A stretch of DNA of 64,000 nucleotides. Source: an uncultured delta proteobacterium. GTDB lineage: Bacteria; Desulfobacterota; Desulfobaccia; Desulfobaccales; 0-14-0-80-60-11. The stretch's first letter is position 1; each line of letters starts with the position of its first letter. Where the stretch lies: NCBI GenBank assembly GCA_963701845.1, contig CAVPBF010000004.1, positions 124,449-188,448 on the forward strand, given 5' to 3'. Position numbers and translations under genes: made by a program. The notes under the pieces were generated by a model. That model did not search any database, was not told where the DNA came from, and saw only the letters and a program-made list of their open reading frames with translations. This document shows positions 39,388 to 50,670 of the stretch, one piece after another.

Positions 39388-41520
39388 GTGGAGAAATCCG
39401 TGGGTTTCACCATCAATCCAGGACGTAGTTTTCCATTGGGAGCCACGGTTTATCCTGAAGGCGTCAATTTCAGCGTCTTCGTCAAAGGTGCCACCGGAGT
39501 GGAATTGCTCCTGTTCGGGGACGTAGATTCGCCTCGGCCTGAACAGGTGATTTCTCTCAACCCCCGCCAAAACAGGACCTATCATTACTGGCACGTCTTC
39601 GTCACCGGTGTTAAAGCCGGCCAGATTTATGGGTACCGGGTGGTGGGGGCCTGGGCTCCCGAGAGAGGCGCCAGGTTTGATCATGGGAAAGTCCTACTGG
39701 ACCCTTACGGCCGGGCAGTGGCGGTCCCTCCGGACTACAGCCGGGAGATGGCCGGCCGGCCCGGGGAGAACACTGCCAGGGCCATGAAGAGTGTGGTGGC
39801 CGATCTGGGCCGTTATGATTGGGAGGGGGATCAACCGCTCAAACGCCCCTTTGCCCAGACCATCATTTATGAACTGCACGTGGGAGGTTTCACCAAACAT
39901 CCCAGTTCGGAGGTCGCCAAAGAGAAGCGGGGCACCTTCGCTGGGCTCATCGAGAAGATTTCCTACCTGACCGACCTGGGAGTCACTGCCGTGGAGCTTC
40001 TCCCGATCTTCCAATTTGATGCCCAGGACAGCCCCCCCGGGCTAGTCAACTATTGGGGTTACTCCCCGGTGTCTTTCTTCGCCCCCCACCAAGGCTATAG
40101 CTCACAAACAGACCCGTTGGCAGTGCTGGACGAATTCCGGGATCTGGTTAAAGCCCTGCATCGGGCCGGCATCGAAATATTTCTGGACGTGGTTTTCAAT
40201 CACACCGCGGAAGGGAACCACTTGGGACCCACACTGAGTTTTCGGGGGTTGGCCAATGAAGTGTATTACCTATTGGAACCTAATCGGTCCATCTATGCCA
40301 ATTATAGCGGCTGTGGCAACACCCTGAACGCTAATCAGGCCATTGTGCGCCGCCTCATTGTTAACAGCCTCCGCTACTGGGTGGAGGAGATGCACGTGGA
40401 CGGTTTTCGCTTCGATTTGGCCTCCATCCTGTCCAGAGATGAAAAGGGCAAGCCCCTGGATAATCCCCCGGTCCTATGGGATATCGAGTCCGAACCGGTG
40501 TTGGCCGGGACTAAGCTCATTGCTGAGGCCTGGGACGCCGCGGGGCTATATCAGGTGGGGAGGTTCGTGGGGGACACCTGGAAAGAGTGGAACGGCAAAT
40601 TCCGGGACGACATCCGGGTTTTTTTGAAAGGTGATCCTGACACCGTTACCCCTTTTGCTCACCGCCTGCTCGCCAGCCCCGATATTTATGGACACAAGGA
40701 GCGGGAGGTGGAACAGAGCATCAACTTCGTCACCTGCCATGACGGCTTCACCTTAAACGACTTGGTATCTTACAACCACAAGCATAACGAAGCCAACGGC
40801 GAAGAAAACCGAGACGGCAGTGACCACAACCTGAACTGGAACTGCGGGGTGGAGGGGCCTACCGATGACCCGGAGGTGGAGTCGCTGCGAAACCGTCAGG
40901 TGAAGAACTTTTTGGCCTTAACCCTGCTGTCCTTCGGCACCCCCATGCTGCTCATGGGCGATGAAGTGCGGCGCAGCCAGCAAGGCAACAACAATGCCTA
41001 CAGTCAGGATAATGCAATTAGTTGGTTTGATTGGGCTCTGCTGGACCAACACCCCGACGTGTACCGCTTTGTCAAGGAGCTTATCCGGCTCCGTCTGCAC
41101 TTTGATAAGGCCTCGAAAGAATATGATTTGACTTTGAGCCAATTTTTGGCCCAGGCCCAATATGACTGGCACGGGGTCAAATTGCATCGGCCCGACTGGA
41201 GTCCCGATTCCCACAGTCTGGCGGCCACCGCTGTCAGCCTGACCGGCGCTCGGGTCTTTCACCTCATTTGTAATGCTTACTGGGAAGCCCTGAGCTTCGA
41301 ATTGCCGGATCCGCCTGATGGGGCGGATGGAGGCTGGCGGCGGCTCCTGGACACCGCTCTTCCTTCCCCCATGGATATCTGTGGAGAAACCGAGGCCGTC
41401 CTATTGGAGGAGTCCACGTACCTGGCACAACCTCGGTCCGTGGTCTTTTTGTTCGCGAATATTGACCAGGGGATTAAAAAAACAACCCGCCAGGAAAGAA
41501 AACAAGATGCAAGAAATTGA
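39388..41520 (+). CDS. glgX: glycogen debranching enzyme
   Basis: N-terminal PLGATVYPEGVNFSVF, DVVFNHTAEG, GFRFDLAS, EAWD and NFVTCHDGFTLNDL. Confidence 0.9.
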   Translation: MEKSVGFTINPGRSFPLGATVYPEGVNFSVFVKGATGVELLLFGDVDSPRPEQVISLNPRQNRTYHYWHVFVTGVKAGQIYGYRVVGAWAPERGARFDHGKVLLDPYGRAVAVPPDYSREMAGRPGENTARAMKSVVADLGRYDWEGDQPLKRPFAQTIIYELHVGGFTKHPSSEVAKEKRGTFAGLIEKISYLTDLGVTAVELLPIFQFDAQDSPPGLVNYWGYSPVSFFAPHQGYSSQTDPLAVLDEFRDLVKALHRAGIEIFLDVVFNHTAEGNHLGPTLSFRGLANEVYYLLEPNRSIYANYSGCGNTLNANQAIVRRLIVNSLRYWVEEMHVDGFRFDLASILSRDEKGKPLDNPPVLWDIESEPVLAGTKLIAEAWDAAGLYQVGRFVGDTWKEWNGKFRDDIRVFLKGDPDTVTPFAHRLLASPDIYGHKEREVEQSINFVTCHDGFTLNDLVSYNHKHNEANGEENRDGSDHNLNWNCGVEGPTDDPEVESLRNRQVKNFLALTLLSFGTPMLLMGDEVRRSQQGNNNAYSQDNAISWFDWALLDQHPDVYRFVKELIRLRLHFDKASKEYDLTLSQFLAQAQYDWHGVKLHRPDWSPDSHSLAATAVSLTGARVFHLICNAYWEALSFELPDPPDGADGGWRRLLDTALPSPMDICGETEAVLLEESTYLAQPRSVVFLFANIDQGIKKTTRQERKQDARN

Positions 41521-42796
41521 CCTGAATTTTACGGTTTCGAAGCTGGGTGAAGGCCGGATCAGTTCACCCATTACCGGGGTGCGCTTTGTCGATGATGAGG
41601 AGCACGTGCTTTACCATTCCGATTTCAGGACGCTTAAGGGATATCTCGATGCCGGGAACAAGCCTCCTTGCCTGGAAAAAGCCGGCCCCCGGGAGAAAAT
41701 CTTCTTTGACCCCGCAAACCTGAAGTGCGGCATCGTGACCTGCGGGGGCTTATGCCCGGGACTGAACGACGTCATCCGGTCCATCACCTTGACCCTTATC
41801 CGCCAGTACAGGGTGCAGCAGGTGTTGGGCTTCCGTTATGGCTATGAAGGGCTCAGCTCCAAGTTCAATCACGCTCCCCTGGAATTGACCCCGGAGGCGG
41901 TGAGGGCCATCCATGAAACCGGGGGCACCATTCTCGGCTCCTCCCGTGGCAGCCAGGATGTCAACGATATGCTGGACACACTGACCCGTCTGAATATCGG
42001 TATCCTGTTTGCCATCGGCGGGGACGGGACCCTCCGGGGCGCCCAGGCCATCGCCCGAGAGGTCGCCCGCCGCGGTTTGAAAATCGGCGTCATCGCCATT
42101 CCCAAGACCATTGACAATGACATCTCTTTCACTCAGCAAACTTTCGGCTTCGACACTGCCGGCTCCGAAGCCCGGCGAGCCATTAACGCGGCCCACTGTG
42201 AGGCCGAGGGAGCCAGAAACGGCATCGGATTAGTGAAACTGATGGGGCGGGATTCCGGTTTTATCGCGACTTTTGCTGCATTGGCCAACAGTCACGTTAA
42301 TTTCTGCCTAGTACCGGAGGTGCCCTTTAAGCTGCAAGTCTTCCTGCAAGCCCTGGAGGAAAAGCTGGCGCAGCGAGGCCATGCCGTCATCGTGGTGGCT
42401 GAAGGGGCGGGCCAGGACCTTTTGGCACAGTCATCTGAATGTGACGCCTCCGGCAACGTCCGGTACGGCGATATCGGGATTTTCCTGAGAGACCGGATTA
42501 AGGCGCATTTCAGCCAAACCGGACGAAAAGTGGAACTGAAATATATCGATCCCAGCTACACTATTCGAAGCCTGCCAGCCGATGCCTGGGATTCGGCATT
42601 TTGCCTGCTGCTGGGTCAATTCGCGGTGCATGCGGGGATGGCCGGCAGGACCGATATGATCGTGGCCTACTGGAATCACCAGGGGACTCACGTGCCTATT
42701 TCCCTGGCGGTATCGCAACGGAAAAAACTGGATCCCGAAGGCTGGCTTTGGAACAGCGTCCTGGCCGTCACCGGGCAGCCCCGTTACCTCGTTTGA
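41507..42796 (+). CDS. 6-phosphofructokinase (long PfkA-family; phosphoryl donor not assignable from motifs)
   Basis: From MQEIDLNF at 41507: TCGGLCPGLNDVIR, IGGDGT (ATP-type Gly) but PKTIDND (Lys, as in PPi-type enzymes). The ORF-track start at 41318 overlaps glgX and is probably too long. Confidence 0.88.
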   Translation: MQEIDLNFTVSKLGEGRISSPITGVRFVDDEEHVLYHSDFRTLKGYLDAGNKPPCLEKAGPREKIFFDPANLKCGIVTCGGLCPGLNDVIRSITLTLIRQYRVQQVLGFRYGYEGLSSKFNHAPLELTPEAVRAIHETGGTILGSSRGSQDVNDMLDTLTRLNIGILFAIGGDGTLRGAQAIAREVARRGLKIGVIAIPKTIDNDISFTQQTFGFDTAGSEARRAINAAHCEAEGARNGIGLVKLMGRDSGFIATFAALANSHVNFCLVPEVPFKLQVFLQALEEKLAQRGHAVIVVAEGAGQDLLAQSSECDASGNVRYGDIGIFLRDRIKAHFSQTGRKVELKYIDPSYTIRSLPADAWDSAFCLLLGQFAVHAGMAGRTDMIVAYWNHQGTHVPISLAVSQRKKLDPEGWLWNSVLAVTGQPRYLV

Positions 42797-42808
42797 ATGG
42801 AGCCCTGA

Positions 42809-44233
42809 ATGCGACTGGCCAGCCATAAGACTAAGATTGTGGCCACTATCGGCCCAGCCTCCGAGTCTCCAGATGCCATGCGGCAGATGCTCGAGGCCGG
42901 AATGGATGTGGCCCGGATCAACTTTTCCCATGGGGATTTCGGCTCCCACCAGCGGGTAATGGACAATCTCCGTCAAACTGCGCGGGCGGCGGGACGCCGG
43001 TTGGCCATCCTGGCGGACCTTCCCGGCCCCAAGATGCGCCTCGGGCAGATCTCTCCGGAGCCTGTGGTGCTCGCCCCGGGAGCCTCATTTTCTTTGACCA
43101 CCGAGGAAGTCATCGGTGACGCCAGCCGCGCCTCGGTGTCCTTTGCATCTCTGCCCCAGGCAGTGAAACCGGGAGACACCCTGCTGTTGGCCGACGGCCT
43201 CATCCAGCTTGAGGTGGTTGCCGTCCAGGGGAAAGTGGTGAACTGCCGCGTAATAGTGGGAGGGGAGTTGCGCTCCCGCAAGGGACTCAATCTTCCCGGC
43301 ATCGACCTGGGCCTCAGTGCCTTCACGGAACACGACCGCAGGTGCCTGGAATTCGCCCTGGCGCAAGGGGTGGACGCGGTCAGCCAGTCTTTTGTGGAAT
43401 CAGGTAAAGACGTGGAAGCCGTGCGGGAAGCCGCACAAGCCTTGGGGCACCAGCCCTTCGTCATTGCCAAGATCGAGCGCAGCAATGCCCTGAATCATTT
43501 GGATGACATCCTGGCCGCGGCGGACGGCGTCATGATCGCCCGGGGAGACCTGGGAGTGGAAATCCCCATCGAGCAGATCGCCGGGGTCCAAAAGGAGATA
43601 ACGCGGAAGGCCAACCTGCTGGGGAAGCCGGTGATTACCGCTACCCAGATGCTGGAGTCCATGGTGGTCAACCGCCGCCCCACCCGGGCTGAAGCTACCG
43701 ATGTGGCCAACGCCATTTTGGACGGAACCGACTGCGTGATGCTCTCGGAAGAGTCGGCCATGGGGAGATACCCGGTGGAAGCCGTGGCCATGCTGGGAAA
43801 GATCGCCGCGGATATCGAACCGCAGCAGCCCGCGCTTCAAGTCCGCGAGCAGCTCAAAACGGTGGAGCTGAACTGCCCGGTGAGCCTTTCGGAACTTATC
43901 GCCTTGAGTGTGGAATCCGCTTTGGCGCGGGTTACTCCCGCAGCGGTTTTCGTACCCACCCGCAGCGGCGCCACCGCCCGCAGCATCGCCCGCTTCCGGC
44001 CGGCGGTCTGGATCATTGCCGTGAGCTCTCAGCAAGCCACCTGTCAGCGGCTGCAGTTTTCCTTTGGGGTCCACCCGCTTTTCGAAGCTGATCACCCCGA
44101 GGACTGGTCAAACTACATGCGGCGTTGCCTTGAGGCCCTTGAGATCACCGGCGATTTTGCGGTATTGACCGAAGGCCCTTCGGCCAAGCATCCTGAAGCC
44201 AACAACCGCATGGAGCTGGTTGATCTGAGGTAG
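42809..44233 (+). CDS. pyk: pyruvate kinase
   Basis: KIVATIGPAS, ARINFSHG, MIARGDLGVEIP and MLSEESA. Confidence 0.92.
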   Translation: MRLASHKTKIVATIGPASESPDAMRQMLEAGMDVARINFSHGDFGSHQRVMDNLRQTARAAGRRLAILADLPGPKMRLGQISPEPVVLAPGASFSLTTEEVIGDASRASVSFASLPQAVKPGDTLLLADGLIQLEVVAVQGKVVNCRVIVGGELRSRKGLNLPGIDLGLSAFTEHDRRCLEFALAQGVDAVSQSFVESGKDVEAVREAAQALGHQPFVIAKIERSNALNHLDDILAAADGVMIARGDLGVEIPIEQIAGVQKEITRKANLLGKPVITATQMLESMVVNRRPTRAEATDVANAILDGTDCVMLSEESAMGRYPVEAVAMLGKIAADIEPQQPALQVREQLKTVELNCPVSLSELIALSVESALARVTPAAVFVPTRSGATARSIARFRPAVWIIAVSSQQATCQRLQFSFGVHPLFEADHPEDWSNYMRRCLEALEITGDFAVLTEGPSAKHPEANNRMELVDLR

Positions 44234-44249
44234 ATAAACGGAGAGCCGG

Positions 44250-46921
44250 ATGGATAGACATATTCTCGATAAGTTTTTTAAGCCGGAGTCCATTGCGGTC
44301 GTGGGAGCCAGCCCCAAGGAGAACAGCATCGGCCGCATCCTGATGGAGAACCTGCAAAAGAGACGGCTTCCCGGGAGGCATATACCCCATCAACCCCAAG
44401 CATGGGGAGATCTTGGGGATTCCGGCCTTTCCCTCGGTCATGGCGGTGGGTGCGCCCATCGACTTGGCCGTCATCTCCGTGCCCATTCAGGGGGTGCCGG
44501 AGGTCATGCAGGAGTGCGGCCGGGCCAAGGTTCCCGGGGTTATCATCATCTCCGCCGGCGGCAAGGAAGTGGGTGAAGAGGGGAAGAAGATCGAGGCCGA
44601 CATCCATGCGGCGGCGCAGGCCGGGGGCATTCGCTATCTCGGTCCCAACTGCATGGGGATTCTCTGCCCCCACACCCACCTCAACGCCAGTTTTGCGGCG
44701 CATTCGGTGAAACCCGGGAGCGTGGCCCTGCTCTCTCAGAGCGGGGCCATCTGCAGCGCGATCCTGGACATGGCCGAAGTCCAGAATATCGGCTTCAGCC
44801 ATTTCGTCAGCATCGGTTCCATGGCGGATCTCGATTTTGCCGAAATGATCGATTACCTGGGGAACGATGACCCGGCGAAAAGCATCATCATTTACATGGA
44901 AAACCTGGTGCACCACCGCAAGTTCATGAGCGCCGCCCGCTCGGTTTCCCGGGTCAAGCCCATCATCGTGGTGAAGTCCGGCCGGAGCGATGCGGCCGCC
45001 CGGGCCGCGGCGTCGCATACCGGCGCCCTGGCGGGCCAGGATGAGGCTTATAATGCCGCGTTCCGGCGGGCCGGCATCATCCGGGTGGACACCATCGCCC
45101 AGCTCTTCAATTGCGCCGAGGCCTTGGGCAAAATGAGCCGGCCCCTGGGGGGCAATCTGGCCATCATTACCAATGCCGGAGGGCCGGGAGTAATGGCGGT
45201 GGACGCCTTCAGCAAGTGGCAGCTGGAGCCGGCCGCCTTGACCCCGGAAACCTCAGCAAACTTGACGAGTCCTTGCCGCCACATTGGAGCCGGAACAATC
45301 CCGTGGACATCCTGGGTGATGCCCCGCCGGAGCGTTTTCTGCAGGCGACCCGAGTGCTCCTGGCGGCTCCGGAAGTGGCCGGCTTGGTGATCGTCCTCTC
45401 CCCCCAGGCTATGACCGACCCCACCGGCGTGGCCCAGGCCATTGGCCCGGAAATTAAAAAGCAGGCCAAGCCGGTCTTTGCCGTCTGGATGGGGGCCAGG
45501 GACGTGGCCCCGGGGATCGACATTTTAAACGAGGCCGGATCCCCACTGTTGAAACCCCGGAGGAAGCCGTGGACACCTTCATGGAGATGTACTCCTATAC
45601 CCGGAACCTGGAACTTCTCCAGGAAACTCCGCCCCAACTGCCTTCTGAAATCAAGGTGAACACCCAGCAGGCCCGGACCTTCATCGAGGAATGCTTCAGC
45701 CGCCAGATGCTGCTGCTCACTGAGATGGAAGCCAAGGCGATTCTCTCGGCTTATGGCATCCCGGTAAACCCCACCGTGACTGCTTCTTCGGCTGCCGCCG
45801 CGGCCGCGGCGGCCAAGAAGTTGGGGTTCCCGGTGGTGGCTGAAAATCCACTCCCCGGACATCTCGCACAAGTCGGATGTGGACGGGGTGCGCATCTCGC
45901 TCAAGGACGAAGAGGAAGTGACGGCCGGGCTTACGAGGACATCGTTGCCAAGGCTAGGTCTTCCAAGCCTGAGGCCTCGATTTTCGGGGTCACCATCCAG
46001 ACCCAGGTGGGGAAAGCGCCCCTGGAACTGATTCTGGGTGCCAAGAAAGACCCTCAGTTCGGGCCCTTACTGGTTTTCGGCATGGGAGGGGTCTTCACTG
46101 AGGTCTTCAAGGAGTCCGCCGTGGACCTCCCGCCCCTCAACCTGCTCCTGGCCCGGCGGCTCATGGAGCGGACCCGTATTTATCGGATATTACAAGGCTA
46201 CCGCAATATTCCCCCGGCAAATCTGGATGAGCTGGCAGGGATCCTGGTGCGCCTGTCCCAGCTGGTGACGGATTTCCCGGAAATCGTCGAACTGGATATT
46301 AACCCCCTACTGGTCAGTAACGGCAAACCCATTTGCGTGGATGCCCGCATTGTTTTGGAGCCGAGCCAGGTTCCCGCCCCCCGGCACCTGATCATTGCGC
46401 CTTACCCTAATCAGTATGAGAGCGACTGGCTGCTGGAGGATGGCACTCCGGTGCTGCTCCGGCCCATGCGGCCTGAAGATGAGGCGCTGGTGGAAGAACT
46501 CTTAGAGAACTGTTCAGAGCAGACCCTCTATTTCCGTTACTTTCACCTGATCAAGAGCTTCCCCCATAGCTTTCTCATCCGTTTCACCCAAAACGACTAT
46601 GATAGGGAGATCGGTCTGGCGGCTTTTGGGATCCCGCCCAGTCCGGAGGTGATGATGGGGGTGGGCCGCTTGGTTATGACTCCTGACCGAGGCGAGGCAG
46701 AATTCGCTGTTATCGTGGCGGACCCCTGGCATGGCAAAGGGCTGGGCGAAAAGCTGATCTCCCGGGTCATCGAGATTGCCCGGGACAATGGCGTGAAATC
46801 CTTGTGGGGCGAAGTCCTGGCAGGAAATGAGCCCATGCTGGGCCTGGTAAAAAAGATGGGATTCACCCTCCACCCTCCGGAAGAAGGGGTGCGAAGGGTG
46901 GAGATGGCCTTGTCCAAGTAA
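44250..46921 (+). pseudogene. ADP-forming acetyl-CoA synthetase-like / GNAT acetyltransferase fusion (Pat-type), about 5 frame disruptions
   Basis: CoA-binding N-terminus (SIAVVGASPKENSIG), then ..GIYPINPKHGEILGIPAF.., GPNCMGI, an ATP-grasp region, and a C-terminal GNAT (EFAVIVADPWHGKGLGEKL). Shifts at A4 44356-44359, about 45250 and about 45540. An out-and-back pair at about 45838/45930 hides LKIHSPDISHKSDVDGVRISLKDEEEV. Confidence 0.8.
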
Positions 46922-46985
46922 AAACTTTGAGGGATAGACACAGGCTGTAAGGTCTCTCCAATGACTTTTTAGCAAGGAATAGCCT

Positions 46986-47432
46986 ATGAAAATTTTGACT
47001 ACTCCAAGGATGGAACGGTGCATCGGCTGTCACTCCTGTTCGCTGGCTTGCGCCCGGTTGGTGCATCAACGTTTGTCTTGGGACATGGCGGGCATCCGCA
47101 TCGCTTCTTCCGGAGGCCTCTCCACCGGCTTTGAGGCGCGCACTTGCCTGGCTTGCACCCAGGCGCCCTGTGCCGCGGCCTGTCCCACCGGGGCCTATTC
47201 CCAACGCCGGGGCGGCGGGGTCATTGTACGCAAGAATATCTGCATCCGCTGCGGCGAATGTGCCCGGGCCTGCCCGGTGGACGCCATTTACCTGGACCCC
47301 ACGGGGGATCCCTTCGTCTGCCTCCATTGCGGCACCTGCGTTCCTTACTGCCCTCATGACTGCCTGGAAATGTATGATGCAGGCGGCGGCAGCACGGCCG
47401 AAAAGGCCTTGGCCGCGGAGGTGGCGCCATGA
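46986..47432 (+). CDS. 4Fe-4S dicluster ferredoxin-domain protein (AOR-associated)
   Basis: CIGCHSCSLAC, CLACTQAPCAAACP, CIRCGECARACP and CLHCGTCVPYCP. Translationally coupled to the downstream AOR gene. Confidence 0.8.
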   Translation: MKILTTPRMERCIGCHSCSLACARLVHQRLSWDMAGIRIASSGGLSTGFEARTCLACTQAPCAAACPTGAYSQRRGGGVIVRKNICIRCGECARACPVDAIYLDPTGDPFVCLHCGTCVPYCPHDCLEMYDAGGGSTAEKALAAEVAP

Positions 47433-49177
47433 TTCGGGATTATTTCAGAGTGCTGATAGTGGACTTGAATTCCGGCAAGGGCAAGGTGGTGAATGTTCCC
47501 GGCCGAGACGAAGTGGCCGGCGGCAGCGGCTTGGGCGCCCTTCTTTTCACTAAGTATGGCAAGGCTGACCGACCCTGGGATGATCCGGAGCAGCCGGTGA
47601 TATTCGCCATCGGGCCGTTGACCGGCTATTTTCCCCTGATGAGCAAGACGGTAGCGGCTTTTAAATCGCCGTACCATGACCAGTACGCCGAAAGCCACGC
47701 CGGGGGACGCTCGGCGCTGGCCCTGAGATTTGCCGATCTGGACGCCCTGGTGCTTACCGGCCGGGCGCCAAGCCCCTCGGCCCTGGTGGTGGGCTCCCGG
47801 CATCTGGAGCTGAAAGAAGTGCATTATCTCTGGGGCAAGGATATCCAGGAGAGCGGCAAGCTGCTGCGCCACATGTTCCATGGCTCCGGTCACCGGAGCA
47901 TCCTCCGCATCGGCCCGGCAGGAGAGAATAAGAGCGCCATGGCGGGCATCAACGTGGACACCTACCGCCATTTCGGCCGGCTGGGTGGCGGCGGCGCCTT
48001 GGGCGCCAAGAATCTTAAGGCTGTCGTCATCATCGGCGATGGCAATTTCCCGCTCATGGAGGGGAAAGACTACCCCAAGCTCTTTGAGGCGGTCTACCAA
48101 AAGCTTACCGCCACCGACATGATGCAGAAGTACCACAATCTGGGGACCCCGGTGAACGTGGCGGTTTTAAATGAACTGCATGCCATGCCCTGGCGCAACC
48201 TCCAGGCGACCACCGACCCCAACGTCCACGGCATCACCGGCGAGCGCTTCGCCGAGACCGCCCTCCTCCGGAACGCGGCCTGCGCCGGCTGCCCGGTGGG
48301 CTGTATCCACATCGGGTTTTCCAGGGAAAAGTTTCAGGCCGACTACCGGTACTTCTACCGGCAGGTGTCTTATGACCACGAGCCCATCTTCGCCACCGGC
48401 TCCATGTTGGGGGTAACCGACTGCTTTGCCGTTTTGGATATCATCGACGTCGTCGAGCAGATGGGCCTGGATGTCATGAGCGCCGGGGTGGCCCTGGCCT
48501 GGGCTACGGAGGCTTTGGAAAAGGGGGTAGTTACCGAGAAAGAGACCCTTCTCCCCTTGAAGTTCGGCCAACATAACACTTATGAGGAGGCGGTGCGGCA
48601 CCTGGCTTACGGGGTTAATGACTTCTACCGGCTGCTGGGCCAGGGGACTCTCAAGGCCGCGGCCCATTACGGCGGCGCGGACTTCGCCTGCGTCCTGGGC
48701 CAAGAGATGGCGGGCTATGCCACCGGCGAGGTCTATTTCGCCTCCCAGGCTCTGGGTTTGCGGCACTCCCACCTGGACTCGGGCGGCTACGCCTACGATC
48801 AGAAGCACGAAGACAAAGATGTGGAGAAGGCCGTGGACTTTCTGATGGAGGATGAGGCCAGCCGGGCCTTTCTAACCTCCATGGTGGCCTGCCTCTTTGC
48901 CCGGGGAGTTTACACTGAGGAGCTGCTGGCGGAATGTCTCAAGGTGGTGGGGTACGGCGCCTTGGCGGATAACCTTGACGTGGTTTCCCGTAACATCCAA
49001 AAACTGCGTTGGCAGACCCGGCTGGCAACGGGCTTTAATCCTGCCGGCATCACCATCCCGAAACGCTTCTCGGAAGTCACCACCTGGAAGGGCAAGGTGG
49101 ATGGCGCATTTCTCACGAGTCTGAAAGACAGGTACGCGAAGCGTATCCTGGAATACGGCGTTGAGCCTCAGGGCTGA
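47429..49177 (+). CDS. aor: aldehyde:ferredoxin oxidoreductase family (tungsten/molybdopterin) enzyme
   Basis: 582 aa. AOR N-domain pattern (LIVDLNSGK..GGSGLGALL..IFAIGPLTG), Cys ligand region (AACAGCPVGC) and MGLDVMSAGVALAWATE. Confidence 0.88.
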   Translation: MIRDYFRVLIVDLNSGKGKVVNVPGRDEVAGGSGLGALLFTKYGKADRPWDDPEQPVIFAIGPLTGYFPLMSKTVAAFKSPYHDQYAESHAGGRSALALRFADLDALVLTGRAPSPSALVVGSRHLELKEVHYLWGKDIQESGKLLRHMFHGSGHRSILRIGPAGENKSAMAGINVDTYRHFGRLGGGGALGAKNLKAVVIIGDGNFPLMEGKDYPKLFEAVYQKLTATDMMQKYHNLGTPVNVAVLNELHAMPWRNLQATTDPNVHGITGERFAETALLRNAACAGCPVGCIHIGFSREKFQADYRYFYRQVSYDHEPIFATGSMLGVTDCFAVLDIIDVVEQMGLDVMSAGVALAWATEALEKGVVTEKETLLPLKFGQHNTYEEAVRHLAYGVNDFYRLLGQGTLKAAAHYGGADFACVLGQEMAGYATGEVYFASQALGLRHSHLDSGGYAYDQKHEDKDVEKAVDFLMEDEASRAFLTSMVACLFARGVYTEELLAECLKVVGYGALADNLDVVSRNIQKLRWQTRLATGFNPAGITIPKRFSEVTTWKGKVDGAFLTSLKDRYAKRILEYGVEPQG

Positions 49178-49292
49178 AGTGCCTGGTGTATAAGAGAATC
49201 TGCTGAATATCCTAATCGGTTGGAGACATGCGGGGCTCATGAATGTGGAACAAGTCCGGGATCGGATTTGTTCAGACGAAGGCTGAAAATTA

Positions 49293-50614
49293 TGTATGCC
49301 TATCATGGTGATTTAGCCAGATTGATCCGTGATTGTTGGCCAACTGAGGCCGGAGATGGAACGGGTAGAGGCGAATTTCCCGCCGTTCCCCTTCCTGCCC
49401 CTCCCTTCTTTGAAAATCTCCTCTCAATCTGTTACCAGGTCAGCATGCTGCGTGAGGAAGAGACGCCGGTAACTCTCCGTATTCTGATCGCGGGGCCTGA
49501 GGTTTTTTTAAATCAAGCGGTTCCACCTATGGGACTCCACCGCCTGGTATTTTCAAACCCAAGGCCTTGTAATGAAAAAGAATTGAAAAAATTATCGCCA
49601 GCCGTGGACTTTTCGCGCTCTTTGGTGGGAGTTGCGCTGAATCCGGAAGGTGAATGGGATATCTGGGGACTGGTGCATTCCGGAAGCCGTTGGCTGCAAC
49701 ATCATCATGGCGGCCGCAAAAAACCGCCGGAATTTCCTAATGCGCCCGTCATTTGGGTGAGGGGGCCCGGACGACTGACAGTGCTCAGGGGAAGCGAGGG
49801 TTTGGCGACCCTGACTGAAGGCCGGATTCTCACTCCCGCGATCAATGTCTTTGAATCAATCTGGCTCAGGGAGTATTTGGGGTTAGTCCAGCTCGAGTGG
49901 CCTGAAACGTATGTCAATCTGTGGGAGAAACAAAATTGGCAATCGATTACCGATCCGAATTTTCCCGGCATAATTGTCAAGCAGGCACTGATGCGTATCA
50001 TCAGTACCATGCGTGAGGCCCACAAAGGCGGCACCATCATTATTGTGCCCCATGAACGCCGTAATGAATTCACTTCGAGGAACCCGTTGATAAACATCAA
50101 ATATCAGTTCAAGGAAGATGAGTCGCGATATCGTTCTTTGAGACTAATGTTCGAAACCCTTCAAACCCTGGCAGAGGAAAAAGGCCACAAAATTGATAGC
50201 GGCAAAAAGCTTAGCTGGCAGGAGTATATCGATAGTGACAGTAAAAAACTGTCCTGCCTCGAAGAAGCGTGGGTCGAAATATCCCATCAACTGGCGGACT
50301 TTGCGATGGTTGACGGCGCGGTGGTGCTAACCAAAGGCGGTTGTATGCTTGGTTTTGGCGGGATGATCTTAGGTGACTATGACCAGGTAACGACGGTCAC
50401 CAGGGCCTTGGATATAGAAGGGAAGCACCGGCAGGAGGAATTGACCGAGAATGTCGGCGCGCGCCACCGCTCCGTCTATTATTTATGCAATCAGGTTCCC
50501 GAAGCCCTGGGGATCGTGATCTCGCAAGATGGCAATGCTCGGTTCATCAAATTTAAGGATGGGCAGGTTACTTATTGGGAGCAGCCCATTTCATTTGCGC
50601 TGAAAATTTCATGA
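49293..50614 (+). CDS. DAC (DisA_N)-like nucleotide cyclase domain protein with an uncharacterised N-terminal about 230-aa region
   Basis: Ordered motifs HKGGTIIIV / DGAVVL / GARHRS / VISQDGNARF parallel the DAC motifs GALIVI / DGA / TRHR / VSEETG. The N-terminal half has no family I recognise. Start is taken at MYAYHGD. Confidence 0.55.
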
Positions 50615-50670
50615 AAGACGTTCTCTGATTTGCGTATGTTTCTAACCCGTGGAGATCAATCTTAGGAAGG

